From Actinomycetales bacterium (GTDB lineage Bacteria > Actinomycetota > Actinomycetes > Actinomycetales > Dermatophilaceae): a stretch of DNA of 64,000 bases. Below are positions 49,479 through 58,558 of this stretch, in pieces (within the stretch, counting starts at the first letter, position 1; each line of letters starts with the position of its first letter). The notes under the pieces are model-generated. The model was given only the letters and a program-made list of their open reading frames with translations. It was not told the origin of the DNA and did no database searches. The stretch spans positions 16,467 through 80,466 of the forward strand of contig JBBQNZ010000001.1 of assembly GCA_038330415.1 (NCBI GenBank), given 5' to 3'. The translations under genes were made by a program, and so were the position numbers.

Positions 49479-49537
49479 GCCCACTCGGGGGGCGCCGGGC
49501 AACGACGGCAGCCGGTCTGCACCACTAGGCTCCCCGG

Positions 49538-51760
49538 GTGAGCAGCGAGCCCGCCCAGACCCGCGAGACGACACCCCAGCCCGGCGTCACCACCCGCGAG
49601 GTGCGCCTGCTCGAGGGTCCGAACCTCTACTTCCCCCGCCCGGCCGTCAAGGTGACCCTCGCCCTGCCCGGCTACCTCGACGCCCCGGACGACGCTCTGC
49701 GCGCGATCAAGACCGCCGCCGGTCTGCGCCGCGGCCAGACCGGCGCCCCGGGCTCCGAGCAGCGCCAGCAGGTGCTGCTGCGCCTGGTCGAGCGGGTGGC
49801 CCGCTCGCTGGCGGCCGAGGTCGGCACCCGACGGCTGGGCGTGCGCACCCGGGCGGCCAACGAGACCGACGTCGTGGTCTGCGCTTTCGTGTGGCGGCAC
49901 CGGGCCCGGGCCGAGACCCTGGGTACCGCGATCGGCCTGGTGCTCGGCGACCTGCTCGACGGCCATGCCTTCCCGGATGCCGTGGCGTACCGCGCCGCGG
50001 CGGTCGCGGCCGCCACGGCGCCGGGTGACGGGCCCCGGCTGGTGACGCCCCGCATCCCGGTCGCCTCCGTGACGGGCACCAACGGCAAGACCACCACGAC
50101 CCGTCTGTTGGCCCACATCTGCATGACCGCCGGGTTCACCACCGGCTGGAGCTCCACCGACGGGGTCGTCGTCCAGGGTGAGGTCATCGAGCCGGGCGAC
50201 TACTCCGGCCCGGCCGGGGCACGCGCCGTGCTCGAGGCGCCCGGGGTGCAGATCGGCATCCTCGAGACGGCCCGCGGCGGGATGCTGCTGCGCGGCATGG
50301 GCGTCACCCACAACGACGTCTCGGTGGTCACCAACGTGTCGGCCGACCACCTGGGCATGCAGGGCATCGACACCGTCGACCAGCTCGCGGAGGTCAAGGC
50401 CATCGTCACCAGGGTGACCCGGCCGCACGGCTGGGTGGTGCTCAACGGCGAGGACCCGCGGGTCTGGGCGATGCGCACCGGCATCCGGGCCCGTCCGTGG
50501 GTCTTCACCGCAGACGCCGGGGCGCCGGCCGTGCGCGAGGCCCTGGGTGCCGGGGGCCGGGCGCTGACCGTCCTCGACGACCACCTCACCGTGCTGCGAC
50601 CCGACGCTGCACCCGACCGGCTCGTGCGCGTCGTCGACCTTCCGATGGCGCTGTCCGGCTTGTCGCACCACAACGTGCTCAACGCCCTGGCGGGCGCGGC
50701 GGCGGCGCTCGGGCTCGGCATCGACCGCGATGCCGTCGTCGAGGGGCTGCGCACCTTCCGCCCCGACGACGTGCTCAACCCGGGCCGGATGAACACCTAC
50801 ACGGTGCCGATCGAGGGCGGAGACGCCACCGTGGTGGTCGACCTCGCGCACAACGAGGCCGGGCTCGAGGCGCTGCTCGACGTGGCCCGTGGCCTCGTGG
50901 CGCCGGGGGGCCGGGTGCACCTGGCCCTGGGCACGGCCGGTGACCGCACCGACGAGATCCTGCGGGCACTCGGCGAGATCGCCGGCCTGCGCGCCGACCA
51001 CGTCGTGGCGGCGCACAAGGCGCAGTACCTGCGCGGGCGCACCGTCGAGGAGCTCGAGGCGCAGCTACGCATCGGGCTCGCCCACGCGGGCGTGGGTGAC
51101 GTCGCGTCCTACCCCACAGAGCTGTCGGGCCTACAGGCGCTGGTGGATGCCGCCGACGATGGTGACGTGGTGGCCGTCATGTGCCACGCCGAGCGGGTCG
51201 AGATCCTCGACTGGCTGCATTCGCGCAGCGCCACGTCCGACGACCCCGACGCGATCCGCCGCAAGGTGGTGCGCGCCCGCGGCGAGCACGACTGCGAGGA
51301 CGAGATCGCGGCGCTGTGGGAGCTGCCGGATGCCGCGGCGCGCGTCGCCACTGCCGCCGCCCTCTACGCCGCACACCCCGGTGACGCCCGGATCGCGTAC
51401 GAGTACGCCGGCACCCACGACAGCGCCGGTGCCGAGGCGGCCGCCGTGGCGCTCTACGAGGAGGCCCTCGCCGCCGGCCTGCGTGAGCCTCACCGGCACC
51501 GCGCCCAGGTGCAGCTGGCGTCGAGCCTGCGCAACGTCGGCCGGGTCGAGGAGGCGGTGGCCGTCATCGATGACGTGGCGGCACGGCATCCGGACAGCCT
51601 GGGCGTCGCGGCCTTCCGCGCGCTGGTGCACCACGACGCGGGTGCTCCGACCCGAGCCCTGGCCGAGCTGCTCTCCGCGATCGCGTCGACGAGCACCGAC
51701 CCGGATGTCGTCCGCTACCGCCGGGCCCTCACCGCCTACGCCGCCGAGCTGTCCGACTGA
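49538..51760 (+). CDS. Cyanophycin-synthetase-like protein lacking the ATP-grasp domain: CphA N-domain plus Mur-ligase-like M domain plus C-terminal TPR_5-like domain
   Basis: 740 aa. The N-terminus aligns by eye with the CphA N domain encoded at 53547..56393 (REVRLLEGPNLY vs ESRVYRGGNIW; VVVCAFVWRHRARAETLGTAIGLV vs YNVIYSYTNEEVALAAGRLAVRLV). It then runs directly into VTGTNGKTTTTR, ARGGMLLRG, TNVSADHLGMQGIDTVDQLAEVKAIV and DLAHNEAG. The last ~130 aa resemble TPR_5 proteins (ALYEEALAAGL...QVQLASSLRNVGR...VRYRRALTAYAAEL). Confidence 0.8.
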   Translation: MSSEPAQTRETTPQPGVTTREVRLLEGPNLYFPRPAVKVTLALPGYLDAPDDALRAIKTAAGLRRGQTGAPGSEQRQQVLLRLVERVARSLAAEVGTRRLGVRTRAANETDVVVCAFVWRHRARAETLGTAIGLVLGDLLDGHAFPDAVAYRAAAVAAATAPGDGPRLVTPRIPVASVTGTNGKTTTTRLLAHICMTAGFTTGWSSTDGVVVQGEVIEPGDYSGPAGARAVLEAPGVQIGILETARGGMLLRGMGVTHNDVSVVTNVSADHLGMQGIDTVDQLAEVKAIVTRVTRPHGWVVLNGEDPRVWAMRTGIRARPWVFTADAGAPAVREALGAGGRALTVLDDHLTVLRPDAAPDRLVRVVDLPMALSGLSHHNVLNALAGAAAALGLGIDRDAVVEGLRTFRPDDVLNPGRMNTYTVPIEGGDATVVVDLAHNEAGLEALLDVARGLVAPGGRVHLALGTAGDRTDEILRALGEIAGLRADHVVAAHKAQYLRGRTVEELEAQLRIGLAHAGVGDVASYPTELSGLQALVDAADDGDVVAVMCHAERVEILDWLHSRSATSDDPDAIRRKVVRARGEHDCEDEIAALWELPDAAARVATAAALYAAHPGDARIAYEYAGTHDSAGAEAAAVALYEEALAAGLREPHRHRAQVQLASSLRNVGRVEEAVAVIDDVAARHPDSLGVAAFRALVHHDAGAPTRALAELLSAIASTSTDPDVVRYRRALTAYAAELSD

Positions 51761-51787
51761 GCGCAGCGCCCCCACCCGAACCGGTGC

Positions 51788-53491
51788 TCAGTTGACGGCC
51801 GGCGGCTCCGTTCCCGGCCGAGGGGCGAACCGGTGCAGCATCTCGTCCACGTGCGCCGAGGTCGCGGCGCTACCGCGCGGTGATCCAGTCATCAGGGCCA
51901 GGAACCGGTCGGCCCGCAGCGACTCCAGTCGCAGGTCCTCGACGGCCCGGACAGTCGCCGTGCGGGGGACCTGGCGCAGGAGAGCGATCTCGCCGAAGGA
52001 CTCGCCGGGGCCCAGCCGGGTGATCGGCTCGCCGTCGCCGACGACCTCCGCCGTGCCCGCGACCACGACGTAGAACCGGTCGCCGGCATCACCCTGCCGG
52101 AAGACCGTCTCCCCGGCCGGCACGAGCACGTGGTCGAGCTGTCGGGCGACGGTCTCGAGGGCGGGTAGGGGCAGCGCGTCGAGCAGGGGGACTCCCCGTA
52201 GGAGGGCCAGCTCCTCGTCGCGCCCGACGATGACGGCGTCCAGGGCGGCGAGCCGGCGCCAGGAGAGCGCGACGGCGACGGGCGTGAGCAACCCCAGCAC
52301 GACCAGGCTCGTGCGCAGGTCGAGGACGTTGATGGCGACCGGGGTCAGCAACGCGCCCAGGCCAACGCAGACGGCCACGACGCTCTCCAGCAGGCCGAAG
52401 ACGCGGGCGAGCACGTTGGCGGGGGAGATGCGGGCGAGAACGGTGAAGCCCCCGACGTCGATGAGGGCGTTGCCGGCGCCGACGGCCGCGAGCATGACCA
52501 TCGCCGACGCCGCTGACGGGAACAGCCCGATAACGACCAGGGGCGCACCCCACAGGGCTGCGCCGAGCCCGAACCAGGCCGCCAGGTGGCGCGATCCCAC
52601 GAGGAGCGCAGCGGCCGCGGAGGCGAGCACCGCCCCGGCGCCGAGGGCGGCGTTCAGCACCCCCACACCGGGGTACCCGAGATCCACGAGCTCGATCGCG
52701 ACGACCACGGCGAGGACCGTGATCGCCCCCCGCATGAACGTCTGCGCCCCGATGAGCGCGATCAGGAGTCGCAGGTCGCGGTTGGCGTGCACGGCACGCA
52801 CCCCGCCGAGGGTGCGGTCGAGCGGGCCGTCGTCATCGGGCTCACCGGCGTCGAGCGGAGTCGGTTCGGGATGGACGCGCGCCATCAGCCAGCCGGCCCA
52901 CGCCGATGCCACGGCGGCCATGGCGAGCACCTGGGCCGCGCCGCCCGATGCGAGCAGCACCGCGCTGATCGCGGGTCCGGCCAGCGTCGCCGCCGAGTCC
53001 AGGGCCCCGCGAACGACGTTGGCCCCCGCGAGCTCGGTCGGCGTCACGCACAACGACGGCAGGAGCGCGGAGTGGACCGGACGGAAGAGCACGGCGGCGG
53101 CCGACGACACCGTCACGAGCGCGTACACCGTCACCGCGGGACCGTCCGCGAACACCGCCCAGCCGGCGAGGGCGATGGACACGGCGCGGACGACCGAGAC
53201 GGCGACGAGCACCTGGTCCCGAGGCCACCGGTCGGCGTACTGGGTGGCCAGCGGGGCCACCACGGCAGCGGGGAGCACCCGGACGAGGGCCACGACACCC
53301 ACCTCCGTGGCGCCGCCGCGGCCGTAGGCGTAGACGGCGAGGACGACGGTGACGGCCCACTCGGCGGTCCAGGCGCCGAAGAATGCCGCCTGTGCTCGCC
53401 GCAGGCCCGGGTTGCGCCAGTTCGTCGCGAAGGCGCCCGCAGCCGCGCGCAGGCGAGACGGCCGCAGGCGTCCGGAGGCCTTCGACGCCAT
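51788..53491 (-). CDS. MFS transporter fused to a C-terminal cyclic-nucleotide-binding domain
   Basis: About 12 TM segments, then a CAP-family effector domain (FRQGDAGDRFYVVVAG...GESFGEIALLRQVPRTATVRA). Lies 55 nt downstream of cphA on the same strand. Confidence 0.85.
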   Translation of the reverse strand: MASKASGRLRPSRLRAAAGAFATNWRNPGLRRAQAAFFGAWTAEWAVTVVLAVYAYGRGGATEVGVVALVRVLPAAVVAPLATQYADRWPRDQVLVAVSVVRAVSIALAGWAVFADGPAVTVYALVTVSSAAAVLFRPVHSALLPSLCVTPTELAGANVVRGALDSAATLAGPAISAVLLASGGAAQVLAMAAVASAWAGWLMARVHPEPTPLDAGEPDDDGPLDRTLGGVRAVHANRDLRLLIALIGAQTFMRGAITVLAVVVAIELVDLGYPGVGVLNAALGAGAVLASAAAALLVGSRHLAAWFGLGAALWGAPLVVIGLFPSAASAMVMLAAVGAGNALIDVGGFTVLARISPANVLARVFGLLESVVAVCVGLGALLTPVAINVLDLRTSLVVLGLLTPVAVALSWRRLAALDAVIVGRDEELALLRGVPLLDALPLPALETVARQLDHVLVPAGETVFRQGDAGDRFYVVVAGTAEVVGDGEPITRLGPGESFGEIALLRQVPRTATVRAVEDLRLESLRADRFLALMTGSPRGSAATSAHVDEMLHRFAPRPGTEPPAVN

Positions 53492-53546
53492 CGTCGAAGG
53501 CTAGCCACTCGGCTGGCGCGGCGGCAGGCCCCGGCCGGAGCGCTGA

Positions 53547-56393
53547 TCAGCCGGTGGGCGGCGCAGGCTCGATGTCGCGGGCGGCGGTGTCGCCGGCCTC
53601 GCGGGCCTCCTCCTGCATCGTCTCGGAGTCGAGGTCGGGGTCGCCGACGCCGTCGCGGTTGTGGCTGCCGGGCTGCGCCTGCTGGGTCATCGACTCGAGC
53701 TCGGACATCACCGCCGCGTGCTGGTCGACACTCATGACGACGATGTCACCCGGGTTGGCACGGGCCATCACGTGCCGCACCGCCTCCGACTCGTCGAGCA
53801 CGACCTCGACCTGGCGGCAGCGAACCCCGGGCTCGCCGACCCGGCTGCGGGCGCCCTCGGCGACCGCGGCCGCGGTGAACCCTCGCTCCCGACCTCGCAG
53901 CCGCTGGTCCTCGCGCACCACCACCACGTCGAAGTGCTCCGCCGCGACGGCACCGAGCTCGCGCATGTCCTCCTCGCGCCGGTCCCCGGCGGTGGCGATC
54001 ATGCCGATCCGCGAGATCTTGCCGAGGTCGGTCTGCCCGGCCTTCATCGCGGCGTACCGCTCGACGAAGTCGCCGAGCACCCGCATGCCGGGGGCGTTGT
54101 GGCAGTAGTCGACGATCACGTCGACGTTGTGCACGTTGATCTGGTTCATCCGGCCGGGGGAGAGGTAGTACGAGGTCGTGAAGGTGCGCAGGCCCTGCCG
54201 GATCTCGTGCAGCCCCGCACCGCTGGCGAACGCCGCGCCCGCGGCCGCCATCGCGTTGGCCACGTTGAACAGCGCCGTGCCGCCGAAGGACGAGGGCAGC
54301 AGGTGGGTCCACGCCAGCTGCATCGAGCGGCGCCCGTGCCGGATGACGATCATGTCGCCGCGGTCGGTGCGGTCGAGCACCACCGCCCGGCCGCCGTTGC
54401 GGCAGTGGTTGTCGATGAATTCGCGCACCTTGCTTCCCGGCTCCTCGAGGCTGAACCAGACGACCGAACCCGAGCAGCGCCGCCGCATCCGCCGCACCAG
54501 GGCGTCGTCGGCGTTGAGCACCGCGAACCCGTCGCGCGGCACCGCCTCGACGACGACGGCCTTGACGTCGGCGAGCTGCTCGAGGGTGTCGATGCCGCGC
54601 ATGCCCAGGTGGTCGGGCGCGACGTTCGTCACCACAGCGACGTCGTTGCGGTCGTAGCCCAGCCCCTCGCGCAGGATGCCGCCGCGCGCCACCTCCATCA
54701 CGGCGAAGTCGACGCGCGGGTTCTGCAGCACCATCCGCGCCGAGCGCGGCCCGGAGGCGTCGGACTTCACGACCAGCCGCTCGTCGATGACGATGCCGTC
54801 GGTCGAGGTCATGCCGACCTGGCGGCCGACGCCCTTCATGATGTGCGCGATCATCCGCGAGGTCGTCGTCTTGCCGTTGGTGCCGGTCACGGCGACGATC
54901 GGCACCCGCGACGGTGCCCCGGGCGGGAAGAGCAGGTCGACCACCGGCTTGGCGATGTACTGCGGCTCGCCGATGGTCGGGTGCGTGTGCATCCGAAAGC
55001 CCGGTGCCGCGTTGACCTCGCAGATCGCGCCGCCGGCCTCGCGCACCGGCGAGGCGATGTCCGGGCAGATGAAGTCGATGCCCGCCACGTCGAGCCCGAT
55101 CAGCCGGGCCGCCTCCTCGGCGATCTCGACGTTGTCGGGGTGGGCGTCGAAGGTGCGGTCGATGGAGATGCCACCGGTGGACATGTTGCCGGTCAGGGCC
55201 AGCTTGACCATGGTGTCGAGCGGCGGCACGTCGTCCAGGGTGAGGCCCTGCTCGCGCAGCAGCTCCAGCGCCGCCGCGTCGACCTTGATCTTGGTGAGCA
55301 CCTTCTCGTGGCCCACCCCGCGGCGCGGGTCGGCGTTGGTCAGCTCGACGAGCTCGCCCACGGTGTGCGTGCCGTCGCCGGTGACGTGCGCGGGCACCCG
55401 CTCGGCGATGGCCTGCATCCGGCCCCCGACGATGAGGCAGCGGTAGTCGCGGCCGGTCACCATCGACTCGACGATGACGTAGCCGCCGCGCGACTGGTCC
55501 TCGGCCACCGCGAACGCCTCGAGGACCTCTGCGTCGCTGTCCAGGTTCAGGCACACCCCACGACCGTGGTTGCCGTCGAGCGGCTTGACGACCACCGGGA
55601 AGCCGATCCGGCGGGCGGCGGCGACCGCACCCTCGGCCGAGCGCACCGTCTCCTGCTTGGGCACCGGCAGCCCGGCCGAGCCGAGCAGCTTGGTGGTCAT
55701 GTCCTTGTCGCCGGCGATGTCGACGGCCAGCGCGCCGGTCTTCGACGTCATCGTGGCGCGGATCCGCTGCTGGTGCACGCCCTGCCCGAGTTGCACCAGG
55801 CTGCCGCTGTTGAGCCGGATGAAGGGGATGTCGCGGCTGACCGCCTCCTCCAGGATCGCCCCGGTCGACGGGCCGAACGCGGTGCGCTCGGCCCGGGTCA
55901 GGAAGGTCTCGAGCTCGGCGCCGAAGTCGAACTCCGGGTCCTCCTGGACCAGGTGGTTGACCAGGCGCACCGCGAGGCGGCCGGCCGCCAGGGCGACCTC
56001 CTCGTTGGTGTAGCTGTAGATGACGTTGTAGACGCCGGGGCTGCCCTTGACCATGCGGGTCTTCCCGCGGCGCTGGTCGTGACCGGCCTCCTGCTGCAGC
56101 TGCAGGGCGACGTGCTCGGCGACGTGCCCGACCCAGGTGCCGTCGCGCAGGCGCTCGATGAAGCCGCCCTTGACCCCCTTGGAGCAGGTGTGGTTCTCGA
56201 GCCCGGGCAGCAGCTCGACGAGCCGGTCGGTGAAGCCGGGGAGGGTGTCGGTCGGATATCCCTCGAGCACACCGAGGTCGACCACGAGGTGGATGGACGG
56301 GTTGTAGGACCAGATGTTGCCACCGCGGTAGACGCGCGACTCGACGATGCGCAGGTCGGGGGCGGCGGGGCCGGTCGGGCTGGGACGGTCCAT
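53547..56393 (-). CDS. cphA: Cyanophycin synthetase
   Basis: 948 aa from ATG 56393. N domain, ATP-grasp G domain (GFPVVVKPLDGNHGRGV, EVNAAPGFRMH) and Mur-ligase-like M domain (VTGTNGKTTTSR, TNVAPDHLGMRGID, DYCHNAPG). Acidic C-terminal tail. Confidence 0.93.
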   Translation of the reverse strand: MDRPSPTGPAAPDLRIVESRVYRGGNIWSYNPSIHLVVDLGVLEGYPTDTLPGFTDRLVELLPGLENHTCSKGVKGGFIERLRDGTWVGHVAEHVALQLQQEAGHDQRRGKTRMVKGSPGVYNVIYSYTNEEVALAAGRLAVRLVNHLVQEDPEFDFGAELETFLTRAERTAFGPSTGAILEEAVSRDIPFIRLNSGSLVQLGQGVHQQRIRATMTSKTGALAVDIAGDKDMTTKLLGSAGLPVPKQETVRSAEGAVAAARRIGFPVVVKPLDGNHGRGVCLNLDSDAEVLEAFAVAEDQSRGGYVIVESMVTGRDYRCLIVGGRMQAIAERVPAHVTGDGTHTVGELVELTNADPRRGVGHEKVLTKIKVDAAALELLREQGLTLDDVPPLDTMVKLALTGNMSTGGISIDRTFDAHPDNVEIAEEAARLIGLDVAGIDFICPDIASPVREAGGAICEVNAAPGFRMHTHPTIGEPQYIAKPVVDLLFPPGAPSRVPIVAVTGTNGKTTTSRMIAHIMKGVGRQVGMTSTDGIVIDERLVVKSDASGPRSARMVLQNPRVDFAVMEVARGGILREGLGYDRNDVAVVTNVAPDHLGMRGIDTLEQLADVKAVVVEAVPRDGFAVLNADDALVRRMRRRCSGSVVWFSLEEPGSKVREFIDNHCRNGGRAVVLDRTDRGDMIVIRHGRRSMQLAWTHLLPSSFGGTALFNVANAMAAAGAAFASGAGLHEIRQGLRTFTTSYYLSPGRMNQINVHNVDVIVDYCHNAPGMRVLGDFVERYAAMKAGQTDLGKISRIGMIATAGDRREEDMRELGAVAAEHFDVVVVREDQRLRGRERGFTAAAVAEGARSRVGEPGVRCRQVEVVLDESEAVRHVMARANPGDIVVMSVDQHAAVMSELESMTQQAQPGSHNRDGVGDPDLDSETMQEEAREAGDTAARDIEPAPPTG

Positions 56394-56448
56394 CGGCGCT
56401 TCTCCTCGGGGGGCGGTGGGTGGCGGGCGGGGTGGAGCGCGGGAGCGG

Positions 56449-57306
56449 TCAGGCCTTGGCCGAGGCGACCGAGGCGAGCAGGTCGGGGTGCTGCTCGACG
56501 AAAGCGGTGAGCCGCCGCTCCCGCAGGTCGAAGGTCGCCCCGGCGGGCAGGGTGTGCACCGTCGCCCCCGACACGAGCACGGGGGCACCGGCGCGGGCGT
56601 CCGGGGCGTCGGTGACGGCGGTCGTGCAGTCGACGACGAACACCGCACCGGAGCCACGCACGGTGAACTCGCGGCCGTCGGTCACCACCATGGCCGTGTC
56701 CTCGTCGATCCCGATGCCGAGCAGGTGCGGCGACGGGGCGATCACGGACATCAGGCGACCGTAGCGCGACCGCTGGTCGAAGTGCTGGTCCACGACCACT
56801 CCCCGGACCAGGCCGAGGCCCGCGGAGATCTGGCTGGCGCGCTGGCGCGGCGTGATGCCCTCGTCACCCATCGAGATCATGAAGTCGCTCATGATCGAGG
56901 CGCCGGCCGAGGTGCCTCCGATGACGGTGCCGCGGTCGTGCGCCCGGTGCAGCGCCTCGCCGAGCGGGGTGCCCGGGAGCAGCTGCGAGAGCCGCAGCTG
57001 GCTGCCGCCGCTCATGAAGACGCCGGTGGCGTCGTCGACCAGCGCCACGAGCTCGGGGTCGTGCGAGTCCTGCCGGGTCGCTGGGTTGACCACCGACACG
57101 CCGGGAGCGCCGAGCCGGGTGAACACCTCGGTGTAGGAGTTGACCACCTCGTCCTGGAAGGACGAGGCCGTGGGGACCAGCACCAGCCTGGCGCGGCGGC
57201 CGCCGGACAGCTTGACGAACTGGCGCAGGAGCGAGGACCGGCCGACCCGGTCCTCCGCCCCACCGATGATGAAGAGCGTGGGCGTGGTCGAGGGGTAGCG
57301 CGGCAC
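56449..57306 (-). CDS. cphB: Cyanophycinase (peptidase S51)
   Basis: 285 aa. LFIIGGAED, FMSGGSQ, and the catalytic serine context GGTSAGASIM. GTG start 4 nt after the serB stop. Confidence 0.88.
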   Translation of the reverse strand: MPRYPSTTPTLFIIGGAEDRVGRSSLLRQFVKLSGGRRARLVLVPTASSFQDEVVNSYTEVFTRLGAPGVSVVNPATRQDSHDPELVALVDDATGVFMSGGSQLRLSQLLPGTPLGEALHRAHDRGTVIGGTSAGASIMSDFMISMGDEGITPRQRASQISAGLGLVRGVVVDQHFDQRSRYGRLMSVIAPSPHLLGIGIDEDTAMVVTDGREFTVRGSGAVFVVDCTTAVTDAPDARAGAPVLVSGATVHTLPAGATFDLRERRLTAFVEQHPDLLASVASAKA

Positions 57307-57310
57307 CGGG

Positions 57311-58549
57311 TCAGCCTAGTAGTGCGTCGTCGTGGGCATCGGCGTCCTCGATCTCCTCGCGGGAGATGCCGAGCAGGAACAGCACGGCATCCAGGTACGG
57401 CACGGTGAGGGAGGTGTCGGCCTGGCGGCGCACCATCGGCTTGGCGTTGAACGCGACACCGAGCCCGGCGACGGCCAGCATGTCGAGGTCGTTGGCGCCG
57501 TCGCCGATGGCGACGGTGCGAGCGAGCGGCAGCCCCTCGAGCGCGGCGAACTCGCGCAGCGCCGCCGCCTTGCCGGCCCGGTCGACCACGGCGCCGACCA
57601 CCCGGCCGGTGAGCATGCCGTCGACCACCTCGAGGCGGTTGGCGCGCACGTGGTCGATGCCGAGCTCGCGAGCGATCGGTTCGACGACCTCCAGGAAGCC
57701 GCCCGACACGACGCCCACGGTGAAGCCGAGGCGCTTGAGGGTGCGCACCAGGGTGCGGGCGCCGGGGGTGAGGCGCACGGCATCCCGCACCTCGGCGAGC
57801 ACCGACACCGGAAGGCCCGCCAACGCCGCCACCCTGGAGTGCAGGCTCTGCGCGAAGTCGAGCTCGCCGCGCATCGCGGCCTCGGTGAGCGCGGCCACCT
57901 CGGCGGCCCGGCCCGCGTGCTCGGCCAGCAGCTCGATGACCTCGTCCTGGATGAGGGTGGAGTCGACGTCCATGACGATGAGGCGACCGCCGCGGCGGGC
58001 GAGCCCGGCGGGCGCGACGGCGATGTCGGCTCCGACCTGGTGCGAGACCAACGCGAGGTCGTGGCGCAGGCCGTTGACGTCGGCGCCCGAGACGTCGAGC
58101 TCGACGGTCGTGACCGGGTAGCGCGACAGCCGCCGGATGCGGTCGATGTTGGCGCCGTGGTCGGTGATAGCGGACGCCACCGCCGCCACGTGGTGCGTCT
58201 CGAGGGGCGCGCCCATCACGACCACTGCGGCCCGGCCGGTGCGCCGCGGGGCGTTGTCACCGCGCCCGGAGACGAGGTCGACCCGCATCCCGAGCCGCGA
58301 CCCGGCGCGGGTCAGCCGGTCGATGAGCACGTTCTCGTCGCGGCCGGGCGAGAGCAGCACCGACAGTGCCAGGTGGCCTCGCACGACGACCTGCTCGAGG
58401 TCCAGCACGTCGGCGCCCACGGTCGAGGCGGCCTCGAACAGCACCTTGGTCACGCCCGGGCGGTCGGGGCCGTTGAGGGTGAGCAGGAGCGTGCGGGCGT
58501 TCGGGTCGGGCAGCGGCGCCGCGGATGGGTCGACGGGGGCGGAAGGCAC
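57311..58549 (-). CDS. serB: Phosphoserine phosphatase with N-terminal ACT domains (SerB2-like)
   Basis: HAD motif I VMDVDSTLIQDE and motif III/IV GDGANDLDML. Two ACT-like repeats at the N-terminus. Confidence 0.9.
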   Translation of the reverse strand: MPSAPVDPSAAPLPDPNARTLLLTLNGPDRPGVTKVLFEAASTVGADVLDLEQVVVRGHLALSVLLSPGRDENVLIDRLTRAGSRLGMRVDLVSGRGDNAPRRTGRAAVVVMGAPLETHHVAAVASAITDHGANIDRIRRLSRYPVTTVELDVSGADVNGLRHDLALVSHQVGADIAVAPAGLARRGGRLIVMDVDSTLIQDEVIELLAEHAGRAAEVAALTEAAMRGELDFAQSLHSRVAALAGLPVSVLAEVRDAVRLTPGARTLVRTLKRLGFTVGVVSGGFLEVVEPIARELGIDHVRANRLEVVDGMLTGRVVGAVVDRAGKAAALREFAALEGLPLARTVAIGDGANDLDMLAVAGLGVAFNAKPMVRRQADTSLTVPYLDAVLFLLGISREEIEDADAHDDALLG

Positions 58550-58558
58550 CCGTGCAGG

